Assembly: GCA_963776345.1 (NCBI GenBank)
Contig: CAVZMH010000019.1
Span: 128,001-192,000 of the forward strand
Direction: 5' to 3'
From: an uncultured delta proteobacterium
GTDB taxonomy: Bacteria > Myxococcota > Myxococcia > Myxococcales > Myxococcaceae
DNA length: 64,000 bases
Shown here: positions 38,274 through 46,330 of the stretch, in pieces
Layout of the letters: the number at the start of each line of letters is the position of its first letter
Numbering within the stretch: position 1 is the stretch's first letter
The notes under the pieces: model-generated
Told to the model about the DNA's origin: nothing
The model's database searches: none
The model's input: the letters and a program-made list of their open reading frames with translations, nothing else
Program-made: the position numbers and the translations under genes

Positions 38274-39824
38274 TCACCTTTGAGAGGTAGGCTCGCGCCT
38301 GAGCCCGAGCTTCTTCATCTTGCTCTGCAGCGTCGACGGCTTGAGCCCGAGGATCTCCGCGGCGCCGCCCGGGCCGTAGATGCGCCCCCGCGTCGCCTGG
38401 AGGACGCGGGCCACGTGCTGCCGGGTGGCATCGGCGAGCGTCGAGAGCTCGCCGTCGCGCAGCCGGCCCTCCCGTCGCCTCCGGCCGGGCAGGTCGATGA
38501 CCTCGGGGCCGAGCTCCTCCCCGGGGGCGAGGATGAGGGCGCGCTCCAGCACGTTGGCCAGCTCGCGCACGTTCCCGGGCCAGTCGTGCGCCTCGAGCCG
38601 CGCCACCGCCTCGGGAGTGAGCCGCCGCGCCGTCTTTCCGGTGCGCCGGGCCAGCTCCTCGAGCAGCGCCCCGGCGAGCGGAGCCACGTCCTCGCGGCGC
38701 TCGCGCAGCGGCGGCAGCTCGAGCGGGAACACGTCCAGGAGGTAGAAGAGGTCCTCGCGGAAGCGGCCGGCCGCCACCGCGGCCTCGAGATCGGCATGCG
38801 TCGCGGCCAGGACCCGCACGTCCACCCGCACCGGGCGGTCGCTCCCCACCGGCTCGAACTCGCCGTCCTGCAGGACGCGGAGCAGCCGGGTCTGGAGCGG
38901 CAGCGGCAGCTCCGAGACCTCGTCGAGGAACAGCGTCCCGCCGTTGGCCACCACCAGCCGCCCCGGACGCGCGCGGCCGACGCCGGCGAACGCGCCCTCC
39001 ACGTGCCCGAACAGCTCCAGCTCCAGCGCCCCGTCCGGGACCGCAGCGCAGCTCAGCGAGACGAAGGGGTGCTCGGCGCGCTCCGACCAGGCGTGGATGG
39101 CCCGCGCCAGGCGCTCCTTGCCGGTGCCCGGCTCGCCCCGGATGAGCACCGGCGTGCGGGCGCGCGCCACCTGGCGTGCCCGCCGCAGCAGCGCCTGCAT
39201 CCCCGCGCTGCGGATCCGCCCTTCGAGCTCCGGTCCGCCGCCGAGCTCCTCCTCCATCAGCTTGGCGTGAGCGTGGTCCTGCTGGTGCAGCCGCTCGAGC
39301 GTGACCGTCTTGCCCGCGCCCTGCATGGCGATGGCCAGCAGCTGCGCGTACACCTCGACCAGGTTGACCACCGGCGGCGGATAGACCTCGCAGACGGTGC
39401 GGTCCAGGGTGAGGACGCCGAGCGTCTGGTCTCCGGCGACGAGCGGCGCGACCAGGCAGGCGTGCCCCGGCGGCAGGTCGAGCACGTGATCGAACGGGTC
39501 TCCGTCGCCGTGCCGGTGGTCCTGCTCGAGGAAGGTCCGGGCTCGGCGCGTCTCCAGCGCCTCCTGGATCGAGGGGAACTGCTCCAGCGAGAGCGCGTGC
39601 TGTCGGACGCGGTCGTCGGCGAGCGGGCCGCGCGCGGCGCGCACCACCAGCCGGCCCTGCTCGAGCACGAACACCGTCGCCAGGTCGTACGGCGCGACGC
39701 GCGCCAGCCAGTCGAGGCCGCGGCGGAGCACGTCGTCGATGGCCTGCTCGGAGCCCACCAGCGTGGCGAGCTCCTGGAGGTCCCGGGCGAGGTCCACCGG
39801 GCGAAGCGGGGCGACGGCGGTCAT
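38274..39824 (-). CDS. GAF-AAA-HTH enhancer-binding protein, NorR-like
   Basis: GEPGTGKE, LFLDEV, FREDLFY, WPGNVREL, Fis-type HTH; GAF with DPFD, HAC, LTLD. Confidence 0.9.
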   Translation of the reverse strand: MTAVAPLRPVDLARDLQELATLVGSEQAIDDVLRRGLDWLARVAPYDLATVFVLEQGRLVVRAARGPLADDRVRQHALSLEQFPSIQEALETRRARTFLEQDHRHGDGDPFDHVLDLPPGHACLVAPLVAGDQTLGVLTLDRTVCEVYPPPVVNLVEVYAQLLAIAMQGAGKTVTLERLHQQDHAHAKLMEEELGGGPELEGRIRSAGMQALLRRARQVARARTPVLIRGEPGTGKERLARAIHAWSERAEHPFVSLSCAAVPDGALELELFGHVEGAFAGVGRARPGRLVVANGGTLFLDEVSELPLPLQTRLLRVLQDGEFEPVGSDRPVRVDVRVLAATHADLEAAVAAGRFREDLFYLLDVFPLELPPLRERREDVAPLAGALLEELARRTGKTARRLTPEAVARLEAHDWPGNVRELANVLERALILAPGEELGPEVIDLPGRRRREGRLRDGELSTLADATRQHVARVLQATRGRIYGPGGAAEILGLKPSTLQSKMKKLGLRREPTSQR

Positions 39825-40046
39825 GGGCGCGAGTCTAACGGATGGTCCACCGATTTGCCGGTGCCAATTTCGGCTCGACGGGCGCCGATGGTACCGATAT
39901 CTCGGTGTTCAACGTCGTGTCAGAAGATGTCAAGTTGATGATTTGCTTGCGATTTATGCCAGAGGAACGCATTCAACAGTCGCTGGCGGGTCTCCAAGGG
40001 CCTTGCCAAGCCCTGACCACAAGAAGACACCCAAGGAGCAATGCGG

Positions 40047-40601
40047 ATGCTGACCATCGGAGACAGGTTTCCAGAGTTCAATCTCAAGGCGGCGGTGAGC
40101 CTGGAGAAGGGCAAGGAGTTCAAGGACATCACCCACAAGGACTACGCGGGCAAGTGGAAGGTCGTCTTCTTCTGGCCCATGGACTTCACCTTCATCTGCC
40201 CCACCGAGATCGCCGAGTTCGGGAAGCAGAACGGCCAGTTCGTCGAGCGCGACGCGCAGGTCCTGGGCGCGAGCACCGACACGCACTTCGTCCACCTCGC
40301 CTGGCGGAAGGACCACCCGGACCTCCGGAACCTGCCCTTCCCGATGCTGGCGGACACCCGGCGCGAGCTGTCGACCCAGCTCGGCATCCTCCACAAGACC
40401 GACGGGGTCCCGCTCCGCGCGACGTTCATCGTCGATCCCCAGGGCATCATCCGCTGGGCGAGCGTGAACGACCTCAGCGTGGGCCGGAGCGTCCCGGAGG
40501 TGCTCCGCGTCCTCGACGGCCTGCAGACCGACGAGCTCTGCCCGTGCAACTGGAAGCAGGGCGACGAGACCCTCTCCCAGAAGCTGAAGAAGGCCGGGTG
40601 A
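40047..40601 (+). CDS. ahpC: Peroxiredoxin AhpC
   Basis: DFTFICPTE, GRS..E.LR, ELCPCNW; AAGGAG RBS (ATG at 40041 or 40047). Confidence 0.95.
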   Translation: MLTIGDRFPEFNLKAAVSLEKGKEFKDITHKDYAGKWKVVFFWPMDFTFICPTEIAEFGKQNGQFVERDAQVLGASTDTHFVHLAWRKDHPDLRNLPFPMLADTRRELSTQLGILHKTDGVPLRATFIVDPQGIIRWASVNDLSVGRSVPEVLRVLDGLQTDELCPCNWKQGDETLSQKLKKAG

Positions 40602-41119
40602 TGAACGCGCTGGAGACCCTCCGCAACGCCATCCCGGACGCGGCCAAGGACCTGAGGCTCAACCTCGGGAACGTGCTGCAGCCCACGACCCTGACCAAGG
40701 AGCAGGTCTGGGGCACGGCCGTGGCCTGCGCCATCGCCAGCCGGAACCCCCAGCTGCGCCAGGCGACGCTCGAGGATGCGCTGATCCACGTCGCTCCCGA
40801 GGTGGTGGAGGACGGGAAGGCCGCGGCGGCGCTGATGGGGATGAACAACGTGTACTACCGCTTCCGGCACATGGTGGGCCGGGAGGAGTACGCGCAGAAG
40901 CCGGCCCGCCTGCGGATGCAGCGCCTGGTGCAGGTGGCGACCAGCAAGGCCGACTTCGAGCTCTTCTGCCTCGCGGTGAGCGCGATCAACGGCTGCGAGA
41001 GCTGCATCCGCTCGCACGAGCGGGTGGTGGTCGAGGCCGGTCTCACCGAGGACCACGTCAACGACGCGGTCCGCATCGCCGCGACCTTCCACGGCGTGGC
41101 GGTGGCCCTCGAGATGTAG
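40601..41119 (+). CDS. ahpD: Alkyl hydroperoxide reductase AhpD
   Basis: AKDLRLNL, MNNVYYRF, SAINGCESCIRSH; TGATG coupling to ahpC. Confidence 0.93.
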   Translation: MNALETLRNAIPDAAKDLRLNLGNVLQPTTLTKEQVWGTAVACAIASRNPQLRQATLEDALIHVAPEVVEDGKAAAALMGMNNVYYRFRHMVGREEYAQKPARLRMQRLVQVATSKADFELFCLAVSAINGCESCIRSHERVVVEAGLTEDHVNDAVRIAATFHGVAVALEM

Positions 41120-41211
41120 CGGCCAGGACGAGCACTGCAGCTCGACCCCGGCCGGGACCGACCCGCGCCAGGGTTCTTTCTTGCGGGGGTGGGCATGCGA
41201 CGCTGCGCCGG

Positions 41212-41988
41212 ATGCCCACCCCGCCGTCCCCCCGCGGGCGCCGAGCGACCGCCGCGGTCCTCGCGCTCGGCCTCCTGGCGCTGGCCGGAAGCCTCCTCGG
41301 CCGGTATGTGCGGGCCGTGGGCCTCCCGGGGTCGAGCGCATCCGGCGTGGTGGTGACGCTCGGGGATTCCCTGACCGAGGGGACCGAGTACACCGACCAC
41401 CCCTGGCCCGAGGTGCTCGCCCGGCGGCTCCGCGCCCGGCGCGCGAACGCACCCACCGTGGTGAACGCGGGCATCGGCGGCAACCGGCTGCTCCGGGGCG
41501 GGATGGGCCCGAGCGCGCTCGAGCGGTTCGACCGCGACGTCCTCGCCCGTCCCGGGGTCCGCTGGGTCATCGTGCTCGAGGGCATCAACGATCTCGGCTT
41601 CCCCGGGTTGGTCGAGCCCTCTGCGCCTCCGGTCACCGCCGAGCAGCTCATCGAGGGGTACCGTCGGCTGATCGCGAGGGCCCACGCGGCCGGTCTGAAG
41701 ATCTACGGTGGCACCCTCCTGCCGTTCGAGGGCACGACGAGCCCCGGGTACTTCTCGGCCGAGAAGGAGGCCGTCCGCCAGGCGGTGAACGCCTGGATCC
41801 GGACCTCCGGCAGCTTCGACGCCGTCATCGACTTCGACGCGGCGCTGCGCGACCCGCGGTCCCCGACGCGCCTCCTGCCGGCGTACGACACCGGTGACCA
41901 CCTGCACCTGAACGCCGCAGGGCACCAGGCCATGGGCCAGACCGTCGACCTCCGGCTGTTCGACGAGAAGGCGCCGGCCGGTCGCTGA
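41212..41988 (+). CDS. SGNH/GDSL hydrolase
   Basis: GDSLT, NAGIGGN, GIND, GDHLH. Confidence 0.9.
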   Translation: MPTPPSPRGRRATAAVLALGLLALAGSLLGRYVRAVGLPGSSASGVVVTLGDSLTEGTEYTDHPWPEVLARRLRARRANAPTVVNAGIGGNRLLRGGMGPSALERFDRDVLARPGVRWVIVLEGINDLGFPGLVEPSAPPVTAEQLIEGYRRLIARAHAAGLKIYGGTLLPFEGTTSPGYFSAEKEAVRQAVNAWIRTSGSFDAVIDFDAALRDPRSPTRLLPAYDTGDHLHLNAAGHQAMGQTVDLRLFDEKAPAGR

Positions 41989-42044
41989 GGGACCCTCACC
42001 CCGCGCCCGACGATCCCCACGACCGTCCGGAGCGCCGGCGCGCG

Positions 42045-43559
42045 TCAGCCCCGACCGGCGTCGGCGAGCTGGGGCGCCGCCTCACCGCGCACCGCGGGCC
42101 CGGGGCGCTGGTACGGGGTCCCGGTGGTCCGCTGCCAGGCCACGCGCGCGCGCCAGCCCATCCAGGCCCTGTTGAAGGCGAGCACCTCGCGCGGATCGAA
42201 GTACGGGTTCCTCAGGCCCCCGAGCGACACCAGCGCCAGCACCTGCTCCGCGACGCTCACCGGGCAACCCTCGAGGCGGACGAAGGGCGCGTTGCGGGCG
42301 GCGCGCAGCTTCGCCCCGACCTTGAGCATCTTCCGGTAGATGTCCTCGGCGCGGGCGTGGTGCGGGTCCTTCCGGTTCCGCTCCACGTAGATGCTCTCCA
42401 GCGCCACGTCCGTGCCGTGCAGGTTTCCCTTCCAGCGCGCGCAGTCGCCGATGAACACCACCTTCTCACCCGGCGCGGCGTGGATTGGCCCGTCGTACCC
42501 CCCGAAGACGATGTGCAGCCGGGGCATCTTGGCGTCGGTCTCGGCGTCGAAGAGCCTGAGGATCTCGATCGCCTCCTCGATGGCTCCGGGACAGCCGCCC
42601 CAGCAGTACTCGGTTCGCTCCGGCTCTGGCGGCGGGCCGGCGTAGGCGGTGATCTTCGTCCCCTGGAAGTACTTCTCGACGCGCACCAGCCCCACCTCGA
42701 AGCCGGCGGCCCGCGCCCGGGCCTCGTCCAGCGTCACGTCGCCGCCGATCTCGATGCGCCCGAGGTCGGTGGTGCCCAGCCCCGCGTCCTCGGCGAGACG
42801 GATGTGCTCCACGCTCCGGGGGTCGAGCCCGAGGATGGCGCAGCAGACCGCGTCGAACGCGACCTGTGCGTTTCCGAGCACCACCAGGTTCAGCGGGAAC
42901 GGCCGCGGAGTGAGCATTCGCCCCTGCCCGGCGGTGATGGCGTCGATGGCGATGAACTGCGCCTGCAGCACGTGGTGCAGATCGACGATCTTCTCGCCCA
43001 GCCGGTGATCGTGATCGATCAGACGGTGCCGGTCGTCCTGCAGCCCGATGTACGACTTGAGCGAGAAGGTGACCGTGGTCCAGGGGTGGGCCTTGAACTT
43101 GGGCGTGTTGACGAAGAAGTCGGCCCGGGCCACGGGCTCCGGGACGAAGATGGCGTCCCGCAGCCGCGAGGCGTGGGTGAGCGGCACCTCCAGTTGCGGC
43201 ACCTCGTCGAAGCAGTACCGCTTCACGCCCGGCACGCGGGCCAGCATCCGGTCGAAGCCCGACTGCTCGTAGGCGAGGCGGGTGGGGAGCGTGATGCCGC
43301 AGCGCTCTCCCACCGCGAGCTCGGTCATCTCCGCCCCGCGATCCTGGAGCGCCCGGAGCACGCCCTCCTCGAACTCGGGCCGGGTGTGGGCGTGGGGGAA
43401 GAGCTTCCCGGCGGCGACCAGGTTGGGCTTCACCAGCGTACGCCCGCGCGGGACGAGCCCGAGCGTGTCGAGGCCCTCACGGACGATGGTGCGGATGCGC
43501 TCCGGGTCGTAGCTGTCGCAGTGTCGAAGCAGGACGCGGGGCCGGTCGGGGATGCGCAT
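42045..43559 (-). CDS. DUF362 domain protein
   Basis: LVKPN, HTRPE, PKFKAH...T.SLK, IDAI..GQG; CWGGC and GCP Cys motifs. Confidence 0.82.
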   Translation of the reverse strand: MRIPDRPRVLLRHCDSYDPERIRTIVREGLDTLGLVPRGRTLVKPNLVAAGKLFPHAHTRPEFEEGVLRALQDRGAEMTELAVGERCGITLPTRLAYEQSGFDRMLARVPGVKRYCFDEVPQLEVPLTHASRLRDAIFVPEPVARADFFVNTPKFKAHPWTTVTFSLKSYIGLQDDRHRLIDHDHRLGEKIVDLHHVLQAQFIAIDAITAGQGRMLTPRPFPLNLVVLGNAQVAFDAVCCAILGLDPRSVEHIRLAEDAGLGTTDLGRIEIGGDVTLDEARARAAGFEVGLVRVEKYFQGTKITAYAGPPPEPERTEYCWGGCPGAIEEAIEILRLFDAETDAKMPRLHIVFGGYDGPIHAAPGEKVVFIGDCARWKGNLHGTDVALESIYVERNRKDPHHARAEDIYRKMLKVGAKLRAARNAPFVRLEGCPVSVAEQVLALVSLGGLRNPYFDPREVLAFNRAWMGWRARVAWQRTTGTPYQRPGPAVRGEAAPQLADAGRG

Positions 43560-43594
43560 AGGCCACCTCTGGAGAAGCCCCGCGAGTCTAGCTC

Positions 43595-44071
43595 CTACGA
43601 CGGCGCGGGAAGGCTGCGGATCAGCTCCAGCGCTCGCCGGTAGCGGGCCAGCCGCTGCAGGTCGCGCTCGCTCGGCGAGGCGATGCGCGACAGGTCGCAG
43701 TTGTCCTCCAGGTCGGCGATCTTCACCACCCGTCCGATGGGGTCCGCGGCCGCGCGCCGGACGAAGCGGAGGTAGGTCTCCTCGTAGCCGGGGTCCGAGT
43801 GCTTCCCCTCCTCGTCCTCCTGCTTGGTGACCGCGCGGACGCCGGCCATGACCGCGGGGCTGAACCCCTCGCGCTCCAGCCGCGCGAAGTCGTAGCCGAG
43901 CTGGCGGCAGTCCTCGACGACGTCATGGAGCACCGCCACCATCTTCGCCTCCAGCGACTCCACCCGCATCATCACCCGCAGCGGGTGGAGGATGTACGGC
44001 GCTCCGGACTTGTCGGTGCTGCCAGCGTGCGCGGTGGCCGCGATGGCGATGGCGCGTTCCAGCGTGCTCAT
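43595..44071 (-). CDS. Single-domain HD hydrolase, RelA/SpoT hydrolase (Mesh1/SAH)-like
   Basis: AH...DKSG.PYI.HP, LHDVVED, VKIADLEDN. Confidence 0.85.
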   Translation of the reverse strand: MSTLERAIAIAATAHAGSTDKSGAPYILHPLRVMMRVESLEAKMVAVLHDVVEDCRQLGYDFARLEREGFSPAVMAGVRAVTKQEDEEGKHSDPGYEETYLRFVRRAAADPIGRVVKIADLEDNCDLSRIASPSERDLQRLARYRRALELIRSLPAPS

Positions 44072-44122
44072 CGTCCGGTCCTCCTCGGGCAGGGGACTCT
44101 ATCCCGGCTCGCCGGCCGCCGG

Positions 44123-44632
44123 TCAGCGCTTGCGGAAGCCGACCGCGAGGAACCGGCAGCCCTCCGCTCCGGCGCGTCCCCAGTGCGCCTCGCCCAGCCG
44201 CACCCCGTGCGCGTCTCCCGGATGGAGCGTGGTCGTCACCTCGCGTCCGTCGGCGAGCACCGTGGTCATCGAGAGCTCGCCCTCGAGCAGGTAGTAGACC
44301 TCCTCGGTGGCCGCGTGCCGGTGCAGGCCGATGGCCGCGCCGGGCTCGAGCCGGGCATCGATCATCAGCTCCAGCCCGCCGTGGAACAGCCCCTCCTCGA
44401 GCCCGGCCTCCTCGGAGAAGACCCAGGTCGCGTGGTCACGGCCGTGGCCGCGCCGGTCGTCGCCCTCGGGGAAGGCGCGGTTCTCGTGGACCGCGGTGTA
44501 GACCACCCGGGCCATCGCCGCGGACCGCTTGTGGATCGCCGGGCCGAGCGGCTCGGCATAGACCCGTGCGCCGGGCAGGTGGAACTGCTCCCCGGTGGGG
44601 ATCTCCGGCAGCGGCGGGCGTCGGCTGGGCAT
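44123..44632 (-). CDS. Cupin domain protein
   Basis: IGLHRH..TEEVYYLLEG..PGD..H. Confidence 0.8.
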   Translation of the reverse strand: MPSRRPPLPEIPTGEQFHLPGARVYAEPLGPAIHKRSAAMARVVYTAVHENRAFPEGDDRRGHGRDHATWVFSEEAGLEEGLFHGGLELMIDARLEPGAAIGLHRHAATEEVYYLLEGELSMTTVLADGREVTTTLHPGDAHGVRLGEAHWGRAGAEGCRFLAVGFRKR

Positions 44633-44701
44633 CGTGTCGCCCGAGCCTAGCTCGACGGAATGAGCGACGCCGCAGAGCGCCGCCACCATAACGAGCCTCG
44701 G

Positions 44702-45139
44702 TCAGCGAAGGACGAGCACCGGGATCTTGGTGTGGGTCAGCACCTTGGTGGTCTCGCTCCCGATCAGCACGGCCTGCATCCCTCGCCGCCCGTGCGAGGC
44801 CATCATGATGAGGTCACAGCCCTTCTTCTCGGCGGTTTCCACGATCACCGCGTAGGGATGGGAGTTCGTCTCGGTGATGCAGTCGCAGGTGACGCCGTTC
44901 TCCTTCGCCGCGTTGTAGATCACCGAGAGGGAACTCCGGGCATGCGCCCGGGAATCCTTCTCGTATCGCTCCTTCGTGTCAGCGAGCATCTCGCCCCCGG
45001 TCGTGAAGAGGTGGAAGGGGTCGATCACGAAGAGCCCGGTGACCCGGGCGCCGATGCTCTTGGCGAACTGCATGCCCTTCTTGACCGCGACTTCCGACAA
45101 CGGAGAGCCGTCCGTTGGCAGGAGGATGTGCTTGAACAT
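44702..45139 (-). CDS. Universal stress protein
   Basis: ILLPTDGS, DLIMMASHGRRG, IGSET..VL..PVLV. Confidence 0.93.
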   Translation of the reverse strand: MFKHILLPTDGSPLSEVAVKKGMQFAKSIGARVTGLFVIDPFHLFTTGGEMLADTKERYEKDSRAHARSSLSVIYNAAKENGVTCDCITETNSHPYAVIVETAEKKGCDLIMMASHGRRGMQAVLIGSETTKVLTHTKIPVLVLR

Positions 45140-45356
45140 GGGGACCTCCCCGTGGCCGGTCCGGAGGGTGGACGGGCGGGACCGGAGACCCGGGCCGAGG
45201 AAGGTGAGGGAGGGCGAAGGGGGCTACCGAGAGCCGGCCCCCACTCGCCTCCCGGGGCCGAGAATTACTGATTCAACGTAACGCACCCGGCGGGGAGCGC
45301 AATGAGCCCCGCCAGGCAGGAGGGCGCCGGATCGCTCCGGGCGGCAGCAGTCGGGC

Positions 45357-45387
45357 TTGCCGTCCGATGTTCTAATGTTCTAGAACA
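45357..45387 (+). promoter_or_regulatory. Promoter with an overlapping palindromic GntR operator
   Basis: TGTTCTA-N6-TAGAACA (45368-45387); TTGCCG (45357) with 18-nt spacer to TAGAAC (45381). Confidence 0.7.
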
Positions 45388-45394
45388 AGGCTCG

Positions 45395-46330
45395 GTGAAC
45401 ATCTCTCTCGACCATCGGAGCCCGGTTCCGGTCTTCCACCAGCTCGCCGAGGCGCTCCGGTACCGCATCGCCACGGGTGAGGTGGCGACCGGCACGGTGC
45501 TGCCCCCCCTCCGTCGGGCGGGCCGTCTCTGGGGGGTCAACCTCCATACGGTGCGGCGCGCCTACGGCGAGCTCGCCCGCCTGGGACTGGTGGTGACCCG
45601 CACCCCCGGGGGGACGGAGGTCGTTCGCAACGGCGTCGAGGAGCGGAAGGAGCCCGGCTCAGCCGACCGACGGCAGTTTCTCGAGCAGGTCGTGCAGGAG
45701 GCCAGGCTCCGGTACGGCCTCGACGTCGACCAGCTGGTCGATCTCCTGGCGAGGACCCGGACTCCCGAGACACTTCCCGAGGTCTCGGTGGTCGAGTGCA
45801 GCGCGACCCAGAGCGCGGACCTCGCGGAGCAGCTCGCGTGCCGGTGGCAGGTGAAGGCCCGGGGATGGGTCCTCGATCGGGGCGAGCCGCCCGGCGGCAC
45901 CGTCGTCGGGACGTACTTCCACTTCAACGACATCCGCCTCCGCTGGCCGGAGCGACTGCCGCACATCCATTTCCTTCCCATCGCTCCCGAGGCGAGCCTC
46001 GCCGGAACGCTGCTCGGTGGCCGGCGCCAGTCGAGGAAGCTGACCGTCCACCTGTGCGAGCGGGACGAGGCGATGGCCCGGAACATCGGCGCCGACCTGG
46101 TGCGCATCCTTCCCGCGAAGCAGTTTCGCCTCGTCACCCATGTCGTCTCCCGCGCCGAGGAGGCGCTCGACGGCCCGGCCTCCGCTGGCCCGCTGCTGCT
46201 GTCGCCGCGGATGTGGGGCGAGCTGCCGCCGAGGCTGCGGAGAAATCCCCGCGTCCATCAGGTTCGCTACGTCTTCGACTCCCAGGCGCTCGATGAGCTG
46301 GGTCGGGCACAGCGATGGGAGGCTGCGTGA
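45395..46330 (+). CDS. GntR (YtrA-like wHTH) regulator with extended C-terminal domain
   Basis: SPVPVFHQL..LP.LR..GVNLHTVRRAY.EL; GTG start at 45395. Confidence 0.85.
   Translation: MNISLDHRSPVPVFHQLAEALRYRIATGEVATGTVLPPLRRAGRLWGVNLHTVRRAYGELARLGLVVTRTPGGTEVVRNGVEERKEPGSADRRQFLEQVVQEARLRYGLDVDQLVDLLARTRTPETLPEVSVVECSATQSADLAEQLACRWQVKARGWVLDRGEPPGGTVVGTYFHFNDIRLRWPERLPHIHFLPIAPEASLAGTLLGGRRQSRKLTVHLCERDEAMARNIGADLVRILPAKQFRLVTHVVSRAEEALDGPASAGPLLLSPRMWGELPPRLRRNPRVHQVRYVFDSQALDELGRAQRWEAA

Noticed and set aside
39825..40040. Canonical sigma54 promoter for ahpC
   Set aside because: TGGC-containing candidates on either strand lack GC at the -12 spacing
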